From a virus (taxonomy: Duplodnaviria; Caudoviricetes): a stretch of DNA of 49,902 nt. Location: the IMG/VR virus record IMGVR_UViG_3300046057_000005, positions 1-49,902 of that record; one strand, 5' to 3'. Shown piece after piece: positions 45,856-49,902 of this stretch; the first letter of the stretch is position 1; every line of letters starts with the position of its first letter. A program made the translations under genes and the position numbers. The notes beneath the pieces were generated by a model. It saw nothing but the letters and a program-made list of their open reading frames with translations. It was not told the DNA's origin and made no database searches.

Positions 45856-46935
45856 ATGGCGAGCGCAAACAACGACGGATCGGACGCCGACGAACAGCTT
45901 ACGCCGAACGGCTACCGGGACGAGTTCGACGTTCCCGATTACGTTCCCGCCGACTACGACGGCCCGGTAGCCCGCGAGGATAGCCGCGGCGAGGTTCGCC
46001 GTCTTTGCTTGGTCGAAACCAACGGGACGGGAAAACCGTGTTCGAACTACATGGATACTTGCCGATTTCACGATCATACGCTCGGCGAACTCAAACCAGC
46101 CGATGAACGTCCCGATAACGGTGCGCCGCTCAAACTCGTATCGGACGACAAAAACGAGAGAAAAGCAATCGAAGGCGCGAAAGACGGTCTACGAATCCGT
46201 GACATAGCGGCGCTTTTGTCAACTACTCAGCCGACGCTTTCAAACGCGATTAACCGAGGGAAAGCGGTTCACGATATACCTGATTCAGAACTATCTGACA
46301 AAGAAATCCGGTTCAAGTCCTTCTTTAATCGCTTCAAGCGCGCGTGGGGCGTTGGGACTGAACGGCTGGTTCAGGGCGCGCTCTACGACGACGACATAGA
46401 TACGCAAGCCGCGACGTTCATGCTGGAGCGCTCGCGCGATTTCATCAAAACCGAACGGCGAGAAGTTGACGCGAATATCACGAACGACCGCGACGACGAC
46501 GAAGGATATGAAATCCTGAACGCCGAAGGCGGCCGCGTCCATCCCGATCGGTCGCAAGAAGCGCGTCGCAAGCGCAACCAGAAAGCCCAGCGCGAGAAAC
46601 AAGCCGAAAGCGACGACGAGAACGCCCCCATTCCGGTCAAATCGCAAACGATCAATAGCTCCGAATCGGTCGACGGCGGCCGAACGGCCGACAACTCCGC
46701 CCCACGCGCGGGCGGGCGCGGAGCGAACGACGTGAACCAAACAGATAGCACGTCCGTAGACGCCCAGCCGGACGACGCGAGCGGTGCAAATAGCCGTGCG
46801 AATGATGCGAAACCGACGCCCGAAGAACGCGAACAGCGCGAAGCAAGCGATCGAAACGATCCGCCGAGCGGGAACCAGCCGCTAACGGGTCGCGTTCCCG
46901 ACGGCTACGAATGTGACGACGGGGCCGAAAAGTGA
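45856..46935 (+). CDS. terminase small subunit (putative) with disordered C-terminal tail
   Basis: HTH-like GLRIRDIAALL..TL..AINRG and F..FKRA...ATFMLERS; upstream of TerL; GTCTTAC at 45845. Confidence 0.6.
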   Translation: MASANNDGSDADEQLTPNGYRDEFDVPDYVPADYDGPVAREDSRGEVRRLCLVETNGTGKPCSNYMDTCRFHDHTLGELKPADERPDNGAPLKLVSDDKNERKAIEGAKDGLRIRDIAALLSTTQPTLSNAINRGKAVHDIPDSELSDKEIRFKSFFNRFKRAWGVGTERLVQGALYDDDIDTQAATFMLERSRDFIKTERREVDANITNDRDDDEGYEILNAEGGRVHPDRSQEARRKRNQKAQREKQAESDDENAPIPVKSQTINSSESVDGGRTADNSAPRAGGRGANDVNQTDSTSVDAQPDDASGANSRANDAKPTPEEREQREASDRNDPPSGNQPLTGRVPDGYECDDGAEK

Positions 46936-47144
46936 GCGACGTACCCGACGAACCACGGGATTACCAGCCGGCCAAAGTACGTCTTGGCGCGAACGTGGGC
47001 GACCCCGACATAGACGAACTCCGCGAAACAGGCGAGATAAAACTCGGCATGAAGGCCGACGACGGCCGCGAATACGAGGTTTTGCTGTTCTACGACGACG
47101 AAGACGACGACGGCGGTCATAGAATCAGCACGACGCTGGTATAA
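46932..47144 (+). CDS. hypothetical protein
   Basis: GTGA-coupled to TerS. Confidence 0.55.
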   Translation: MSDVPDEPRDYQPAKVRLGANVGDPDIDELRETGEIKLGMKADDGREYEVLLFYDDEDDDGGHRISTTLV

Positions 47145-47149
47145 CGCCG

Positions 47150-47581
47150 CTATCCGCCGGACCCACTGGATTCGTCGTTTGCATCCCTATCCGGCTGTTC
47201 ATATCCGGCTTTCTCGTCCCGGCTGTTCAATTCTTCAACCAAGCGGGTCGGCGTAATTCCCAGCCGGTCGGCTTCGTCGCGTATCACTTTGTACTCGGTC
47301 GAACGCGGCGATTGTTCCCATCGAATTATATTGCGGCCGCGGAGTACGCGCGCCGTGACGGTAAGCCGGTCATGAACTCGGTCTAATCGATCCGCGAGCG
47401 TCTGTCCGGAACCGTCGTTATCTCCGGAACCGTCGGCGGCGACCGAACTAAGGTATTCATCCAGCGCCGCGAAAAGTTCTGCATGCTTTCGCTCGGCTTC
47501 GTCGCGGGCTTGCTCGTATTCCCCTCGTTTAATGCGGACTGTATCTAACAGGGCTTCGGGATTCGGCTGGTTTGAACTCAT
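47150..47581 (-). CDS. hypothetical protein divergent from the cassette promoter
   Basis: MSSNQPNPE start; helical character. Confidence 0.55.
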   Translation of the reverse strand: MSSNQPNPEALLDTVRIKRGEYEQARDEAERKHAELFAALDEYLSSVAADGSGDNDGSGQTLADRLDRVHDRLTVTARVLRGRNIIRWEQSPRSTEYKVIRDEADRLGITPTRLVEELNSRDEKAGYEQPDRDANDESSGSGG

Positions 47582-47643
47582 GCACTCGCCCCTAACGTGG
47601 CGACGAGAACGGAAAAGCGTTCGACGGGCTGGATACAAGACCG

Positions 47644-47722
47644 TGTAACCATACCGTTACACTTATTGTGTCGGGGCGCATTGCGTTAGGTATGGCACGA
47701 ACGCCTACCCAAGCCGACGACG
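47644..47722 (+). repeat. cassette repeat copy
   Basis: TGTAACCATACCGTTACACTTATTGTGTCGGGGCGCATTGCGTTAGGTATGGCACGAACGCCTACCCAAGCCGAC. Confidence 0.92.
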
Positions 47723-48210
47723 AAGCGGCCGACGACGCACAGAACGAAGAAATCGACCCCGACAAGACCTTCGACCTCGTGGCGGACAAATGGCTGTCGT
47801 GGAAGGCCATTAGCCGTCATCCTAACAAGAAGGCTTGCAAACCGTGGGCTCAGGAAATCACGGGGACGCACGAGAAATACAACGTTGATGGGGAATGGCT
47901 TGAGAAGAAGACCATCGACGGCGGTATCAAATTCGACGTTTCTGGGTTGCATCGCGGAAGCATCGTCAAGGTGTCCGGGGCGTCGCACAACAACCGCAAG
48001 CACGCGTACTGGCGCGTCGAAGAAGTCAACGGCGAGTTCGCGGTTTCGCGGATGGACGAATCCGCCGTTATCGAGGAAATGACGGAACGTGAGAACAACG
48101 GCAACACAGAACTTCGGCAGCAAGTCCGTCGGCTGGCTGACGAGTGCGACGACCGGAACGCGCTCCAAGGGGCTTTGCGGGCGCTCAAGAGCGACGCCAG
48201 CGACGAGTAG
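47692..48210 (+). CDS. MARTPTQAD-leader hypothetical protein (172 aa)
   Basis: ATG lies inside the repeat. Confidence 0.8.
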   Translation: MARTPTQADDEAADDAQNEEIDPDKTFDLVADKWLSWKAISRHPNKKACKPWAQEITGTHEKYNVDGEWLEKKTIDGGIKFDVSGLHRGSIVKVSGASHNNRKHAYWRVEEVNGEFAVSRMDESAVIEEMTERENNGNTELRQQVRRLADECDDRNALQGALRALKSDASDE

Positions 48211-48251
48211 TTCCGCTACTTTTACGCCCCCTCGGTCCGTCTTACGAGCGC

Positions 48252-48455
48252 ATGACGCGCTACAAGACCGAAGCCTCGGTATCGCTGGAGTTCGTCGGAA
48301 AGAAGTCGGCAGCGAACACCCAGCACGAGCAATTCGTTCATGAAATGATCCAACTCGTCCGGGGCATGGATGAAGTGACGATGGACGTGACGACCGAAGC
48401 CGTGAAAGACAACAAGACGGACGTGGGAACGACCCACTACGAGGGACCGGGGTAG
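48252..48455 (+). CDS. hypothetical protein (67 aa)
   Basis: CTTTTA and GTCTTAC (48239) upstream of the ATG. Confidence 0.65.
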   Translation: MTRYKTEASVSLEFVGKKSAANTQHEQFVHEMIQLVRGMDEVTMDVTTEAVKDNKTDVGTTHYEGPG

Positions 48456-48537
48456 GCGACGGGTAACGCACCGACCGAACGCCGAACGGCGTCACGCGGC
48501 GATACGCTCTTTTCTCGGGAACGTCTACGATTCAGCA

Positions 48538-49821
48538 ATGCCTAAGCAAGTGCGCCGGAAGTGGTCGCCGCACGACGGACAGAAACCGATCATTCAATCC
48601 CCCGCTCGCTTCCGTGTCTGTCCGTGCGGCCGCCGGTTCGGCAAGACTGAAATGGCACAGTACGAAACGGCCGACTTCGCGCTTGAACAGCCGGGCGCGC
48701 TCGTTTGGTGGATTTCTCCCAGCTACGACGACGCGAACGAACTCGGCTATCTACCCATCAAACGAATCTTAGAATCGATCGATATGGTTGCGGACTTCCG
48801 ACGGCAGAAACCTCGATATATCGAACTCCCGAACGGGTCGCGCATATCCTTTCGATCCGCCGACCGTCCCGAATCGCTTCAAGGGCGTGGCGTAGACTTC
48901 ATTACGGTTGACGAAGCGGGCGACGTTCAGGGAGAAACCTACCGCGCGGAGATTCGACCCTCCGTTACGGATACCGGCGGCGATATACTCCTAATCGGGA
49001 CGCCCACGGGTCGGAACTACTTTCAAGACCTATACGAACGCGGGAACGACCCGGCGAATCCGAATATTCAGTCCTTTCAGCGCACCTCGTATCAGAACCC
49101 GCACGTCCCCGATTACGAGATAGACGCCGCCCGCGACGAACTACCCGAGCGCGTGTTCGAACAGGAATATCTCGCCAAATTCGCCGAAGCGGAAGGCGCG
49201 GTATTCCCCGGCGTTTGGGATAGGAATTGTGTCACCTACGATTTGCCGAGTTACGAGGGAACCAGCCCGTACTATACGGGCGTGGATTTGGGCCGGCAAA
49301 AGAACTTTAGCGCTATCTCGGCGCTGGATTCGAACGGTCGGCTGGCGCACTTCGAAAGGATTCGCCGGGTATCGTGGCAATTAATCGAAAACCGGGTAAA
49401 GCGCGTCGCCGCCGATTACGGCCCGTCGTTCATCCGCATGGATGCGTCGCGGGATAACCAGATAGTCGAAAACATCGATTCGGCTGTTCGGTCCGCGACC
49501 GTCGAATACGTCAAATTCGGCGGCGGAAAGACGAAGAACAACCTAATCGAAAACCTAAGCGCTCGGCTTGAACTCGGCGATATTCGGCTACCGGATTCGG
49601 GCGACGCGCTATATATTATCTTACCGGAACTTCGCGCGTATCAGTACGACACGACGAAGGCGGGAAATGTCCGATACGGCGCGCCCAGCGGGACGCACGA
49701 CGACGCGGTAGACTCCCTTGCTCTTGCCGCGAAGCCAGCCGAGAACGTGGAGAACTCGGGAACATGGGGGCGCTCGGCGGGGCGTTCGGCGGCCGCCGAC
49801 GGCCCGAGCGGGACGTTCTAA
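48538..49821 (+). CDS. terL: terminase large subunit
   Basis: Walker A CGRRFGKT, Walker B ITVDEA, RNase H GVDLG and HDDAVDSLALA. Confidence 0.93.
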   Translation: MPKQVRRKWSPHDGQKPIIQSPARFRVCPCGRRFGKTEMAQYETADFALEQPGALVWWISPSYDDANELGYLPIKRILESIDMVADFRRQKPRYIELPNGSRISFRSADRPESLQGRGVDFITVDEAGDVQGETYRAEIRPSVTDTGGDILLIGTPTGRNYFQDLYERGNDPANPNIQSFQRTSYQNPHVPDYEIDAARDELPERVFEQEYLAKFAEAEGAVFPGVWDRNCVTYDLPSYEGTSPYYTGVDLGRQKNFSAISALDSNGRLAHFERIRRVSWQLIENRVKRVAADYGPSFIRMDASRDNQIVENIDSAVRSATVEYVKFGGGKTKNNLIENLSARLELGDIRLPDSGDALYIILPELRAYQYDTTKAGNVRYGAPSGTHDDAVDSLALAAKPAENVENSGTWGRSAGRSAAADGPSGTF

Positions 49822-49829
49822 GGTACACC

Positions 49830-49902
49830 GTAACCATACCGTTACACTTATTGTGTCGGGGCGCATTGCGTTAGGTATGGCACGAACGCCTACCCAAGCC
49901 GA
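49830..49902 (+). repeat. cassette repeat copy (continues into position 1)
   Basis: GTAACCATACCGTTACACTTATTGTGTCGGGGCGCATTGCGTTAGGTATGGCACG... Confidence 0.92.

Overview
The window looks like a near-complete or complete ~49.9 kb genome of a tailed haloarchaeal virus (Caudoviricetes, long non-contractile tail). The evidence is high GC, very acidic proteins, TATA-box promoters about 25-30 nt before ATGs, and many CPxCG/CxxC micro-proteins. Positions 1-55 are repeated exactly at 49848-49902, which gives the circular order TerS, TerL, portal, MuF, protease/scaffold, major capsid protein, neck, tail tube, tail chaperone with a -1 frameshift, tape measure and tail tip. A minus-strand block (30.1-40.2 kb) encodes Zn-finger micro-proteins, an HhH protein, a DUF932-like protein and a MoxR AAA+/VWA pair. 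A mostly plus-strand block (40.4-45.5 kb) encodes a PAPS-reductase-like enzyme, an AbrB-like regulator and a SWIM protein. I recognised no integrase, polymerase, primase, helicase or tRNA. The most striking features are: (1) dispersed, self-contained gene cassettes in the morphogenesis region that share an operator/TATA block and an N-terminal peptide MARTPTQAD fused to unrelated ORFs, with shared 3' terminator/restart elements; (2) a genome-wide GTCTTAC operator-like motif beside many start codons; (3) exact DNA segments shared between unrelated genes; (4) a candidate origin flanked by a 20-bp inverted repeat. All protein calls come from motif recognition by eye and all counts are manual; no searches were run.
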